Counted from the stretch's first letter, positions 1 through 15,587 are shown. The stretch: DNA of 64,000 nt from the human T2T-CHM13v2.0 reference genome, Homo sapiens (GCF_009914755.1 NC_060926.1); one strand, 5' to 3'. Notes: generated from the sequence alone by a model not told the origin. Made by a program: numbers and translations.

Positions 1-239
1 TTCATGCTGAACACATGGGGAGACTGTAGCACAGGCAGGTTAAATAATTTGACCATGTTGATCAACTGTAAGCAGTTGTATCAGAAATCAAACAGTGTGA
101 CCTCAAAACACATGTACTTAGCCATGAAGCCATACAGCCTCATGCGTTTTGCCTGTGTACTTCAGTAGTACTTGAGAATCAATAAAGCACTAACATAAAA
201 TAGGAAGAACAAAATCTGCAGTCTCAAAACATGTCAGAA

Positions 240-1200
240 ATTATAATATTTGCTATACTTTGTAGAGTCTGTTGTTTATTTATAATATAAATTAGTATTC
301 ATTTTTAATAACATAGTGAATATATGAACATATTATTTTTACTAAAAATTAAAACATTATAGATAAGACAAATTTTTCCTTTTGCCACACCCCCAAACCC
401 ACTACCCTCCCTCTCTTCTCTACTTACCTGAGACATTATTGCTATTAGTTTAGTGTCAATTCTCTATACCCTTTACAATGCATTGACATCCGTATTATAC
501 ACATGCACAGGTATATGTACATAGAAAATATATGGTATTTAATTCCATAAAGTGTATTATTCAGTATATATCAATTTTCACGTGCTTCTTTTCAACAATA
601 CATCTCTGTCTGTTTCAATTTTAAAAAATACTACATAATTCTAAAGTACGAATATGGTTATTTTATTCAGTGATTATCTTCTTAATAAACTTTTACTTTT
701 GGTTTTTTGTTTTTGTTTCAATACCAGTCCTCTTTCAGACCTCATTGTATATATGTATGAGTACTTATCTAATAAAGACGCCTTAGAGAATTATTGAGTC
801 CTATGGTATTTGTGACTTCATGGCAATTCCAAATTGCCATTCAATTTCCCTGTGCCCCTCTACCAATTTATTTCCCCACAGCAATTTATTTCCCAACTTC
901 TATTTCACAAGGAATTGATATAGGAGTATCAGTTTCCCAACAAACCCACCAAAATTTCATATTTTCAAAAATTTAGTGTTTGCATTCTGGTATATGAAAA
1001 TGGTATTGTTTAATCTGATTTATCTGATTGCTAGTAACTTAAAAAATCTTATTCCATGTAATGTTACAGTTTATATTTCTTTATAATTGTCTATTTATAT
1101 TCAAATTGCCTGCTTTTCTAGGCATTTGATTGCCTTTTCCTCTTTTGTAGTTTTTAAGACACTAAACACTAACCTTTTGCCTGCTATAAAACATATATGT
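240..1200 (-). mobile_element. Ancient L1M (L1ME-like) 3' region, highly degenerate
   Basis: T-rich, with motifs resembling antisense L1ME 3' UTR/ORF2 end (e.g. 'aaaatggtattgtttaatctgatttatctgattgctagt'); boundaries approximate. Confidence 0.5.
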
Positions 1201-1706
1201 ATGTTTGTATATATAGCTAAAGAGTGAGAAGTTAAATTATGTGATTTTATTTTGCATTTTTTAACCTGATTTCACATTTTGGAGTATAAAATAACAAGTA
1301 GCTTTTCAAGAAAACTATTATGAGCCACAAACAAATCAGCTTTGAATAAAATCACTTAATAGGGTCTCACTTTTAAAAATGTCAATTAAAGAAATTATGC
1401 AATGTTTATTTCTGGAAACTTGTTCAGCATCCTTGATTTGTAGTCAGACGGTATGTGAGAGCAATATAGATCAACATGAGGGACCGTTAGATCCTGAGAA
1501 TTTGCTGTCTCAAAAGTGCAAAATGGAAATATTATTACATTCTAGTAAAGGCTGTGTTGTTGCTGGTTTCACTGGGTTTGGGGGAACTGGAGTGTGACCT
1601 GCGGGCACCAGATGCCTGGGCAGCCTAGGGCTGCAATCACAGGCAGACCAGAAGTTGGAGGGGCACAATGGTAGAAAGAGCTCACTGACAGAAAGAAGCA
1701 AATGTG

Positions 1707-2021
1707 GGCCGGGCGCGGTGGCTCACGCCTGTAATCCCAGCACTTTGGGAGGCCAAGGCGGGCGGATCATGAGGTCAGGAGATCGAGACCATCCTGGCTA
1801 ACACGGTGAAACCCCGTCTCTACTAAAAATACAAAAAATTAGCCAGGCGTGGTGGCGGGCACCTGTAGTCCCAGCTACTCGGGAGGCCGTAGAATGGCTG
1901 AGGCAGGAGAATGGTGTGAACCCGGGAGGCGGAGCTTGCAGTGAGCCCAGATGGAGCCACTGCACTCCAGCCTGGGCCACAGAGCGAGACTCCTTAGCAA
2001 AAAAAAAAAAAAAAAAAAAAA
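1707..2021 (+). mobile_element. AluY, full length, with 11-bp internal insertion
   Basis: GGCCGGGCGCGG start, AluY diagnostics (gagatcgagaccatcctggctaacacgg, ggagcttgcag), polyA tail, TSD aagcaaatgtg at 1696-1706 and 2022-2032. Confidence 0.97.
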
Positions 2022-2809
2022 AAGCAAATGTGGCTGGAGCCATGCAGAGGGGAACACAAACAACAGATAGGCAGACCAACAAAAATGATCTGTGGTTTAG
2101 CAAAAGGTAGGCTGCCCCTTTTTCCCTACACTTACTCCGGACAAATTATTTTTGATGGGTCCACAACCCTGCTAAAGGAGACACAGCCTTCACTGCAGTT
2201 AATTATAAAGTAAGAGCGTCAGCATATGTGATGCAAAGGGAAAGGTCTAGGAGCTTCATTCCTCCACTTACCTTGACCTGTAGAGAAATTACTAAAACAA
2301 TTGATTGCCTCCTCCATTCTGTCCTCATGCCTATTCCCATACGCTCTACTACCACAAAGATGTGTATGTGTGGGAGTCTCAGGTTATTTTCCTTAAACTG
2401 TCTCCCTACTCACTGAAATCCCTCCGTGTTTAGTGTAATAAGTGTAGCACCTATGAATAAAGATTGTGGTTATCCAGCTTAGTAAAGTGGGCTCAGATCT
2501 CAATATACAGACACTGTCTGAGTAAAAAACTCCTTGAAGAAGTGCATAGTTTCCTTATGAGAATATTAAGAATGATGTTATTGGCATAAACACAAATGTG
2601 ACTTTGATGAAGAACCCGGGAAGAACATTAATAAGAAGATAAAGGCCTAGCAAACACAGATTTAATAACTTCTGATGTCATATATGTGCCTACTTTTTCA
2701 TTCAAGATTGAGTCTTTCCCTATCTGGTCTTAATCTGGCTACAACTATGTGACATAAGGACAAAGAAAATAATTAGAAAAAGACGGTTATGAAAAGTTAG
2801 AAGAGTTAG

Positions 2810-3088
2810 AGCCCAGGTGTCTAAATGTTGATTTGCATTAGTATGAACCTAACCTCTAATCTCTAATCTTCCCATTGCCTTTTTCAGGCTACATCTTATT
2901 TTTGCAGATCACATTCTTTGCATATTTCTGCCACCAATGTCTACCTCTCTAATGTTACATTCTATATTTTTAAGGGGGAAAATAACCATACCCACTCCAA
3001 CCCCACTGTCACCCATCTTAAATCAGAGAAAGGGACTGAGAAAAGCACATAATTATTGAAAAGAAATGTCCTTAACAGTCATTTATCA
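2810..3088 (+). repeat. Copy 1 of ~275-bp dispersed direct duplication (partner 6611-6895)
   Basis: Colinear match from agcccagg to aagaaatgtccttaacagtcat, with scattered substitutions and small indels. Confidence 0.93.
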
Positions 3089-4413
3089 AAAGGAAAGATA
3101 GTAGAATCCAGAGCCTTCTTTCCCAAGCCTCAGTGTAAGCTCTTTAAACAGATGGTTCTATTCCACTCTGGTATTTTGAAGGGCATACAAAACACATTTA
3201 CAAGAGTTGACTTCTAAAGCATATTCACTGAAGTCACCCCTGTTTATCCTCCTTGTGAATCTTCCGTGGTCCTGTGACCCCTCCTCAACTCAGATCCTAT
3301 TAACTTCAGACCATTAAATGGTTTTTAAGCAGATAGCATCATTACCTTTGCAAATTACTCAGGTGGTTTTGCTACAGTGTGGAGAGGGAACCAGAGTGGG
3401 ATAGACAGAAGAAGAAAGTCCAGGAAGAGAGTTCTCACAATGTCCCAAGCAGGAGATCAAAGCCTGTGATTCCACAGGTAAACAGGGATGAAGCAGACGG
3501 ATATATGAAATATTCAGAAAGCCAATTCCTAAAAGATCAGGAAAGAAGAAAGAAATGTGATAATGAAGAAAAAAACCTTAATTCCCTGAATTCTGTAAGT
3601 TGTGTCGGTATAAGTTTGTTAAATGAGAACTCAGCCCACATTACTGATATTGTCTAAGTAAATGGAGTAATAGCATCCATAGAATCAACATCCCATTTTT
3701 ATGGGTGTATTATGTTTGAATTTAACAGAGACTATAAATAATTACTACCAGGCATAGTAATTCAGAATGTTTCATTCTGCGCCACGTGGAGAACTTTAAC
3801 ATCACTTCAAAATAATTGTCACATATAAAGAAGCTTCATAATATTAGATCTCGTGCTTCCTAAAATATTTTAGAGACTCTAAAAATGATTCCTCCTGTAA
3901 GTTGCCACATATCTGAATAATTTAGAGTTTTTCATTCAAAAAATATTTTAACACAGTTTAGAAATATGTGCATGATGTGATCCCCTTCCCACTGGGGGAA
4001 CCAGGCAAGATGGCCCTCACTAGCCAGAATGGAACAGGGCTGGGGCAAAAAGATGGGTGTGTATTATCAGAAATTGGCCACATGGAATGGAAAAGATAAC
4101 ATATTGAGCTCACAGGAGGATAAGGGCTGAGCATCAAGTGTAAGCAGCATATCCAAATGTGCCGTTAGAGCCAGAAAGCTGGTTCCATCGTACATTGTGA
4201 CAATGGACGGGAAAAGGCAGCAAAGAGTTTACAAGGCACCTTCTCATACAGCCTTTCATTTGGTTCCTCAAACTCATCCTAGATAGAGAAGCTAAACAGA
4301 AATAACGTCCTCCATTTCATGAGGGTCTGGGATTAAGATGAAGAGTAAGATGCCTAAAATAACACCTAATACATGATAGGTATTCGATTATGTGCTTTGA
4401 CTTCTGTTTTGTA

Positions 4414-4448
4414 CATGCATGCATGCATGCATGCATATATATATATAC
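4414..4448. repeat. (CATG)n + (TA)n microsatellite
   Basis: catgcatgcatgcatgcatgcatatatatatata. Confidence 0.9.
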
Positions 4449-5456
4449 ATCCCCATATGAACTAGTGATGCACTTGAAGTGCAGCATGGGGAATTATGAA
4501 ATCACATTATGAACCATGAAAACAAACCTATGGTCAACTGCTAATGCCTAACTCCCATGAATGCAGGAGCAGTTACCCATTTCGATATCTTTGATTTCTA
4601 AAATAACTCAAGAGTAGTTCTGTGTTTTCATTTGGCTAGGCCCCATGTTGGCTTTAGCAGTTTGTGGAAACAAACGCGAAGTCCCAGGAACATCTTGTAT
4701 GCTCCCTAAAGAAACCGTTAAAAGTAAAGAGAAGCCCATTGAACACGATCCAGAATACCAGCTCCAGTCCCTCCCCTGAAATTAAAGTGTTGTGTGAACT
4801 TGGCCAAGATATATTTTTGTTGCCAGATAGTAGTTTTTTAGTGGAAAAAAAAAATAAGCCCTTTGGACTCAATCATCAGAAGGCTTTCTTTCTAGTCAAA
4901 AATGATCAATGCTCCATATTTTTACAACAGTGATTCTTATAGGTTAGTAGTAATATTCTGACCTAAAGTATCAGTGTTTGATTTTTCTCCAAAACATTAG
5001 AGATGTGTTTAGTCTCTCAAAACCTCCTGAAGGAAATAGACAAAGAATGGATGGCCAGAGTAATTAACTTCACACGCATCAAAATTGGGGGATGGGAAAG
5101 GTAGAGGTAACTGTGTGAAGGAGGGTAAAGATATGATGAAATCTGAGATATTTTCAAATTACATAAAATCTTTCAAAATTGCTGTTTTGGAAAAAAGTCG
5201 GAATTTATGCAAAACATATAATCATCAGTAGTAGATTTATATAGGTAGATAGATATATTTGTGGAGTCTCTCCAGCCCACTTTGGTGCCATGTCTCTAGG
5301 ATGCATTTTGTCCAAATCTTATTTGTTTCTTCTTTCATTTCTTATAAAGCAAAATACCATAAAATTATTCTACTGATTTTTCGGGCTTTTACGCAAATTG
5401 ATTTCTAAACCAGCATGTTTACAAAAACAGACGGGATAAAACAATGACCTATTTCC

Positions 5457-5790
<334 letters not shown>

Positions 5791-5829
5791 TCAAAATCAC
5801 CTTCTAAAGGGGGTCAATTCCTTTCAAAT

Positions 5830-5990
5830 CTAAGCTCTACAAGCCATGTGACCTGGGCAAAGTTACTTAAACTCTTTGATACTCAATTAAAAAAAAAAAT
5901 TATCTGAAGTGAGATTAATAGCAGAATAATACGTCATCGATTTTTATGAGATTTAAATTATAATATGGGCACATAAGTGGCCAATACATG
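5830..5990 (+). mobile_element. MIR fragment
   Basis: 'catgtgacctgggcaaagttacttaaactct...tgagatttaaat' matches the MIR core. Confidence 0.65.
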
Positions 5991-6018
5991 CTATACATAT
6001 ATCTATAAGACAATTCTT

Positions 6019-6119
6019 TTTTTTTTTTTTTTTTTTTTTTTTTTGAGACGGAGTCTTGCTCCGTCACCCAGGCTGGAGTGCAGTGGCACAATCTCGGCTC
6101 ACTGCAAGCTCCGCCTCCC
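6019..6119 (-). mobile_element. Severely 5'-truncated AluY (3' ~75 nt + polyA)
   Basis: polyT then gagacggagtc...actgcaagctccgcctccc; perfect TSD ataagacaattctt at 6005-6018 and 6120-6133. Confidence 0.95.
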
Positions 6120-6610
6120 ATAAGACAATTCTTAAGGCAGGAAACAGCACATCAAAGAAGCTAAATACCTGAACAAAGATTATAGTAATCACAAGTGGCG
6201 GAGCTGAGACAAGAAAGAGCCCACACTTGCACACTCCCAGTTATCACAGTGTTTCTATATAGTTTATGTGGCTCCTCTGAAACCCCTACCATAAGGAAAA
6301 ATCCAAAATGTCATAAAGTCATAATGTTTAGAGTTAAGAGTTTTCTTGAAGTTGGGTCCTGTTGTTCTGCCGAGTGGGCTTAACCCTCAGGAAACAGCAT
6401 GGAAGACTAAAAGTGACTCATCACACAAAGAACAAGAACATTTTCCATGTATAAATGTTCCTCTCTCAGTCTCTTGTGTGTGAGCATCTTTCTTTATTAA
6501 AGAAAAGATGAACAGATGAATTCCGGCCCCCATCCCAAGCATTACACATTATTTCCCAGCCAGTACCCCATCATCACACTCCCCATCTGATCTCTGCTTT
6601 CCAAATTCAC

Positions 6611-6895
6611 AGCCCAGGTCTCTAAATCTTGCCTTGCATTAGTATGAACACAACCTCTTTCTAATTTCTAATCTTCCCATTGGCTTTTGCAGGCTGCATC
6701 TTATTTTTTCAGATCACGTTCTTTGCATATTTCTGCCACCAATATCTGCCTCTCTAAGGCTAGTTTCTATTTCATTAGGGGGAAATAACCCTACCTGCTC
6801 CAACCCCACTGTCACTCATCTTAAATCAGAGAAAGGGACTGAAAAAAGCACACAATTACTGAAAAGAAATGTCCTTAACAGTCATCATTTCTCAA
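6611..6895 (+). repeat. Copy 2 of ~275-bp dispersed direct duplication
   Basis: Matches 2810-3088. Confidence 0.93.
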
Positions 6896-7674
6896 TGTGG
6901 CTACGACTCTAACATACAAAGGCAGCATTCTTTGATTACTATCATCAAAAGCCCATTACTCCAAAGAGGACAGTACATATTTTGAATGATGCTATTAAGG
7001 TGTTTTTGTGGCAGAAGTTGCTAAATAGTGAGTACTTTACACCGTCTAGTCATGCAGGGAGCATTGAAATATTTAAAATATGAGGCAATCAGGCACTGAA
7101 CCTAATATTTACTCTCTGAATCACTTAGCTATATTTTATCGGCTCCCCTGGTCTTCTGAATTTTCATCAACAGAAGATATATCATGAACCCCTCCAGTGC
7201 GGAGGAAGGTCATAACAACACCTTCCAGTGACTTCCATGGTGATGACATTAAAATCTGAAGATACATTCATTTTCTGAGATATGCTGTTCCCTTTTGAAA
7301 TGAGAACAGACCAAGAGTTCATCCTGAAGAAAATCAGAATAATCGTTTTTCTCTGCTCTTAAATCAAGCAAAACTTGTCACTGCCTTCTGTGTTCACTTT
7401 GCATAATGCTATTTTCTTTCCCTCTTGCACATTTCCCCTCCCCACTGTACCCGGCTCTATTCATATACTGATCAGGCAGGGTAAGTCAGTTCAACATATA
7501 TCTTCAAAAATCATGACTGCGTTCATTTAAGAACCTTGGGTTTATATCTAGCGATAGGTAATTCACCTCAGAGGGAAAGCTTCACTGAGCTTATCATGCA
7601 GAGGGCATAGGTAGAGGTGAAGCCTAAAGAGACAGCAGGAGTTCCATGGAAAAAGGACAGGTACAGGGAGGCTA

Positions 7675-7830
7675 AATTGGGTTTCAGCTCTGTCACTTTG
7701 CAACTGTGGGATGCTGGCAAGTCATTTAATCCGTCAGAGTCTTTGTTAATCTGTAAGTTTAGGGCTACTGAAAATGAAAGCTAAAACTTCACAATGAATG
7801 CAAAACACCTTAGTTGCTGTTATTGTTATT
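7675..7830 (+). mobile_element. MIR fragment
   Basis: 'cagctctgtcactttgcaactgtgggatgctggcaagtcatttaat...atctgtaa' MIR-like. Confidence 0.55.
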
Positions 7831-8959
7831 ATTATAGGTACAAGTCTGGATGTTAAACTTATTTTCCATTAAACAATACACTTGTTAAGAGTAAGTATTG
7901 TACCATTCACTCTTGAATGGTTTGACTATAGACACGGGTTAATAAATGTAACTTCTTATTGATCTTGGCATTAGATACTGTGTTTGAAATTTGATTGCTA
8001 TCTCCCTGCTGCATTTTTCTAAGGAAGAGAGCACTGATTTTTAATTTGCTTATTTGTAAAAAAAATGGAATTAATAATACCTACTTTACAGTTATGAAAT
8101 TAAACTCAGGTGTGAACATGAACAGCAAGTTGCTGGTACATGGAAGAAATATGTTTTAAATATTTTTTTTCTCCTAAGTTACACTGGCTTTAAAAATAAT
8201 ATTCTTATGAAAATAAAAATATTTAAAATATATTAGATTTTTAAAATAAAGAATGAAAGTAAAAATAACATTTACAATATAAATTATTTCTGTGTTTGAC
8301 TAGAAACAATACAGAACATTCAATATCAACATAAGCATAATCAAATTCCTCATAAGGCTATGATATTTGCGCACCACTTGATTGTTAAAAATCGTTTTGG
8401 CTTTGAGCTATATAGCTGCCAGTTACTACAAATCAGTTCCCAAAGAATTGCATCATTTTCTATTTCTTAAATTGTGGACTAAAACATGTTATTATTTTGC
8501 ATCCTGCAGGGAAGTAGGGCAAGAAATTGAATATATTTGATTGCATAAAGAGTTGAAGTAATAAAAAGACATTTTAATTTGAACTTGGAAAATGTTTGTC
8601 TAATCTCTAGGTCAAAATCATGATATCACAACAATGCAGAGAAATTGTTCCTATGGTGACTTAAAAAATATATATATAGTTCTTTAAAATACTAATTCTG
8701 TAATATATATGATATGATATATAACATATACAACAGATGTTACATGAGGAAAAATAAAATGGAGATGCTGTTAAAAACAGTTGAGTCCCTTCATCACAGG
8801 AATATGATGCTTTTGATATGTTAATGTGACAATAATATAAGTGAAATCACATAAAAACTCCATAAATGTGCCCTGGTCTTAAGCTATTTGTTCAAGCTAA
8901 TTTAATATTCTTTTCTTTGTTGCTTACAAAACTCCACCTACTCTGGTTTTTCAACTACC

Positions 8960-9480
8960 CCACCCAATCCTAGCATGCTCTACCTCAGAGCTTCACACTC
9001 TCTATTTCTCTTCTCCCGTATATATCCATGTTTTCTTCCTTTATTTTATTCACATGGATGCACTCAAACGTGCTTTGCTCTCTAGGCAGTATTAAATGGC
9101 ATCCCAGTTACTTCCTATCACTTCCCCTGCTGGCTTCTTTTTATTTACTTTCCTTCCTTCCTACATTCTTCCCTCCCTCCCTCCTTCCCTTCCTTCCTTC
9201 CTTCCTTCTTCCCTTCCCTTTCCTTCTTTTCCCTTCCCCTTCCCTTTCCTCCCTTCCTCCCTTCCTTGCGTCCTTTCTTCCTTTATTCCCTCCTTTCTTT
9301 TAATTTTGGTAGTACTTAACAATCTTTGTCACTGGACCACATGTATACATTATTTTATCTTCATTGTCTTATCCCTCCACCTACCCCATAGGATAGACAC
9401 CCTGTTTGGTTTACTGCTGAATACCAATCCCTAGAATAGTAGTTAGTACATAGTAAATACTCACTAAATCACTGTTGAAA
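8960..9480 (+). mobile_element. L2 3' relic interrupted by a CT-rich tract
   Basis: 'cctagaatagtagttagtacatagtaaatactcactaaat...gttgaa' is typical of the L2 3' end. Confidence 0.55.
9148..9300. repeat. Polypyrimidine (TTCC/TCCC)n low-complexity tract
   Basis: ~150 nt almost purely C/T. Confidence 0.92.
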
Positions 9481-11607
9481 AAATATTCTGTTGGAAAAAA
9501 ATGAAAAAGTATCATTAGTAGGCCACTCATGTTAAAGAATCTCCAAATTTAGAAAGCAAACTTTTTATATACATTGGAAAATAAATCCAGGGAATAGCAC
9601 AGCCTGAAACATAATAAAGAGAAGTTTTTTGAACTTATCACTATCAGATATAAGAAGGCAAGAAGTTAAAGGGGTTGTACTCAAAGAAGATAAATGATGC
9701 TCCTTTCCCCCACCTTGCTCACACAAAGTAGATTTCTACAATGGTTTCTGCCCAGTGCACAAATTGGTGAGGGTAGAACTCTGGGGAGTTCACTTGAACA
9801 CTACTGCCTCATGGTAGGGATGAGAGCAGGATATTCCAGACACCCAGAGGGAAAATTGAGAGCACCACTAGCCACATGTGTCCTGGGCTGCTGAGCAGGA
9901 CGGCTTTGCAAATAATTCAGAAGTTAAGCAGTAATTTGATGAAACAGAATACTTAAGACTCACCAAGACTTTAATATAAGCAACAGCACGAAAAGAATGG
10001 AAATCAACAAAAAGGATATTCAATAGCTGAAGAATTTCTATCTTCAAGATATCCAGAGAATACTATATCGTTTATAAATTATCAACTAAAGTTATCAGAA
10101 ATTTAAAATGTTTGCAAAATTCAGATTTAAAACATTTAACAGGTTGTTAAGCAAAATGGATATGACTGAAGAGTGAATTAATTAGAAGATGTAGCAAAGA
10201 AATTTGTTTTCTAGAATGTAGTACAAACAGACTGAGATATGATGTGTCTGAATGCAAATTTAGAAAGAATAAATTCCAGATGATTATCTGGATGTAACAG
10301 AGGATAAATAAGATTGATATAGTATAATATCTGTATGCTTGAAATTTAGTGTCTAGTTGAAAAAAAAGCACTAAAATATTTTGGAAGAACTTAGGGTCTT
10401 TAAGCCAGAAAAATCACAGTGATAAGTGTTAGTATCTCCTGAAACACTAAGGACATATTAACATGCCTACAAGACTTGAGAACAAAACAAAACAAAAAAG
10501 TCTTATCTTCATGTGGCTTAGTCTATTAGGCACATCATGAAGATATTGTAAGTGTTTTGTTGGAAAACCCCAATATTCCTGTCACATGAACCCATGACAT
10601 GTCTAATAAGTCTCTACAATGGCTCATGAAAAAGGGAATAGATAAATGCTGAATGCATATTTGTGAAATGCTGACCCACTGTGGGATAAAGTGAATGGGA
10701 GAAGCACAACGGAAGACAATGCTGAAAAATGCCTTCTTCCCAGAGTGAAAATGCTTCATCTCAGAGAAACCTAAGCACGACTCACCAGGAGAATAATTTT
10801 TCTCTTCCCATGTCTTCCATCAAGATACAGACATAATTCGGTGACAGTATTTGTCTCTTTATGTGCTATCCTAAGAAAAATTCCCCAAGGGAAATTTAAC
10901 CTGCTGTGTCTGATCACCTTAACTAACTGCTGTGTCTGTTCTCTGAGGACTTTAATGCCCACAAAGCTGACGGAGCCTTTCTAATCAGTGAGCTGGGGCT
11001 GTTATTTGTCCTAGAAATCACAAAAAGACAACTTCAAAGGATTCAAGTGAAAGTAGGAAATTAGGTCTTAAAATATTTGAATGGTGCCTGAGCCAGAGTC
11101 AATGGACCATTCCCTCCCTTGCTTTATATATTGTGCAGCTCTTGCTCATTAAATATCACTGAATACACCCAACAGCTCTTTAAAAGATCAAATGTCTGAA
11201 CTGGAAAGATCATTAAAAAGTGATCTGTGTCTCTGAAACCAGGAAATAATTCTGCTAAATAGTAAGAAGCCACATGGGGTGAGAAGCCTACATCTTCATT
11301 TATTTTGCAATTTGGGCTGTTAAGAACTTTTAAGATTTTATAAAATTTTGTGTGTAAAAAAATAATCTGCAGACCTTATAACCCCCAAATTACCCTTTGA
11401 ACACAGCTCAGTCTTTCTTTCTGTAGACTGTGATGTTGAGGCAGGAACTGTGAGAGAAGCCAGATCTGTAAGAAACCTCTTATTTCTTGGAAACTTTCAA
11501 GTAGTTTAAGAAATGAAATCCTCAGAAGTGTTGGTTTCCAACTATGTAGTAATTTTTTCCTCTAAGTTGTCATAGATCATTAAGTTCCATCTTCTGTGGG
11601 GCATGGA

Positions 11608-11647
11608 GACTGCTAAAGGATGAGGACTGCTAAAGGATGAGGACTGC
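11608..11647. repeat. 17-bp tandem repeat, ~2.3 copies (gactgctaaaggatgag)
   Basis: Exact copies at 11608-11624 and 11625-11641, plus partial gactgc. Confidence 0.9.
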
Positions 11648-11816
11648 ACTCAGAGAAACAAATGTCATTTTTATAGGACCGTGATTGTTATTCTAAACAG
11701 AATTGGAAATGGATTGGGAATGTGAAGCTCAGTTGACCACATCTGATGACAATATTAAAGCATGGAGAACTTTCTGAAGCCTTAAGGATATTGGGAACAC
11801 TCAACATTGTGTGTAA

Positions 11817-12170
<354 letters not shown>

Positions 12171-12633
12171 TAGTTTTACTTAGTCTTCTTTCGGCTGTTG
12201 CTCACTACCTCTGTGACCTTGGATGAAGTCAGCAAACTATCTTTGCCTCAGTTCAGGGTTGTTATGACAGTTGCTTTTTTTAACATAGCATATAAAAATA
12301 TATAACATGGTGAATGAAACACAAAATTACTATGAGATTGCTAATAATATGGGGATGGGATGGGAGAAGTGGTAGTACTTTTAATGATGATGGTTGACTC
12401 TAAAGGAATAAATAGTCTTCAAACAAATAAATAGTCTCCTATCATATAACTGTCATTAAATAAATTAGCTGTCACTTTCTTCAACATTATTCTTAATCTG
12501 ATCCCCTTATGTTTTTCTAGTCTTATCTCAAAATATTTTGTATGTAGCAGTTTCCTCTTCAGTTGGTCTCCCTTGTCTCTAAAAATGTCCTCCATTTTCT
12601 AACCAAAATATCATTGCTCAAACTGATCTATGA

Positions 12634-12961
<328 letters not shown>

Positions 12962-13679
12962 AATATGGTCTCTCTTTTCTGCTTTTGTGCAAGTTCTACT
13001 CATGAAATAATCTGCTGCTTTGCTCAATAAAAAAGTTTTCTGGTTACTCACTGCTCACTGTATATGGAACATCAGGTATATGTAATGTGAGTAGATCTTT
13101 TAACAATCTGTACTGGATTACCAGCTTTTAAAATGCAGAGGCTACATCTATCAGTTGTGTCCCCTAGAGTAGCATATTTAATAAGGAATGGTGATTCTAT
13201 CTACTTTTTACTACAAAATAAGTGTGAAAGCTGGTCACTAGACTTTAAGCTCTGGCTTGTCAATGACTTTTTCTTATGAAAAGCAAGAAACGTTTTCTCA
13301 GCATCAAAATATCAACTTTTACTTTCATTTTTTATTGTCATTCATTTTTATTTTGTTCTTTCATAAACATCCACATATTAGGTCAGCTTAGAACCATGCT
13401 AACTGTTGGAGAACAGACCAACAGTATGTTGGTAGGACAGACCACGATAATCCTCACCCTTGAGAAGCAGGAAGCCAACTGGATCACCATAAGAAGAGCC
13501 AATTACACTAGGTGTGATAAGTGCTCCTTCAGAGATGTATAAAGCCAAGAGGAGGAGCCCTAGTATGGAACAAGCCGGTATGAATACATAGTGAGTGTCT
13601 ATGACAGATCATTAGATGAATGGAAGGATAGGTAAGGAGGAGAGACAGACAGATTTTTTTTTTATTTTGTATCTGATAT

Positions 13680-13835
13680 TCTTTATTCTTTCCTTCAGAT
13701 CTGGGCTTCCATCTGGAATCACTTTTCTTCATCATGAAGAAGTATTTTCAGCAATTTGTATAGCACGAATCTGTGGAATATAAGATACCTACAATTTTGC
13801 CTGGGGCAAATGCAATTATTTTACCTTCTTTTTTT
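13680..13835 (-). mobile_element. Old L1M ORF1-region fragment (outer host, left part)
   Basis: 'ccatctggaatcacttttctt...gaagaa...attttaccttc' resembles antisense L1M ORF1; appears to resume at ~21070. Confidence 0.5.
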
Positions 13836-14666
13836 AATTATCAGGTTTGTAAAGGACAGTTTTTCATACATTAAAATGAATACATTTTAATAAACATTTT
13901 AATGAATTCGAGTAAATTTATTCATCATGTAACCAAGACCAAAATCACGATATAGAATATTTCTCTCAACCCAAAACATTTCTTCGCACTCCATTCCAGT
14001 CAAACTCCTATGCCCCAGACAACCACTTATCTGTTTTCTAACGATAGATTTGAATTATCTTTCTACAGTTCCAAATAAACAAAATTAGACAGTACCTGCA
14101 TTTTGTGTCAGACTTTTTTTTTTTGCTCAGCATGTTCTTGAGATCTATCAATGCTTTTGTGTGTACCAGCAGTTTCTATAACTTTATTGAATTTTTTTAT
14201 AATTTTATTTTATTGTATTCTATTGTATGAATATATAATAGTTTGTTTCTCTATTCACTTTTTCCTGAATTTGGGTCTAATTTTTAGCTATTGTGAAAAA
14301 AACCTGCTATGAACCTTTATGTGCAAGTCTTTATGTAATACATGTTTTCAATTCCCTTTAGTAAATACCTAGGACTATAATTGCTAGGTCACATAATAAA
14401 TGAATGTTACATTTTACTACAAATTACTAAATTATCTTCCAAAGAAATTATACCATATTGCATTCAAGACCACCCACCAGCAATATTGCTACAAATTTTC
14501 ACCAACGTTTTATGTTTTTTTTTATATAGTTTTAGCAGTTAAATGGGTATGCAGTAGTATCATATTATGGTTTTAATTTGCATATACCTAATGCTAAGAG
14601 TTTTTTATGTGCCTATTGGTCTTTTGTACATTTTTCTATGAAGTATTCAAACTTTTGGCTCTTTTT

Positions 14667-15279
<613 letters not shown>

Positions 15280-15358
15280 TAATTTATGGAGCATAAATTA
15301 ATTTTATTTTTGGAATATAATTCTGTAAGTTTTAACAGAAGATTATAATCATGTATAA

Positions 15359-15587
15359 GGCCAGGCAAGGTAGCTCACTCCTGTCGGTTGTGGATTGCTT
15401 GAACCCAGGAGTTCTGGACCAGCCTAGGCAACATGGCAAAATCCCATTTCTACAAAAATTACACACACACACACACACACACATACACACAAAATTAGCT
15501 GGGCATAGTGGCACAAACCTGAGGTCCCAGCTACTTGGGATGCTGAGGCAGGAACACTGATTGAGTCTGGGAGGTCAAGGCTGCCGT
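15359..15587 (+). mobile_element. AluJ-like, left-arm deletion, 3' truncated, (CA)n in linker
   Basis: ggattgcttgaacccaggagtt...agcctaggcaacat; (CA)n at 15461-15490; gaggtcaaggctgc. Confidence 0.85.

Noticed and set aside
9028-9434. Pro/Ser/Phe/Leu-rich hydrophobic ORFs
   Set aside because: Translation of the CT-rich simple repeat
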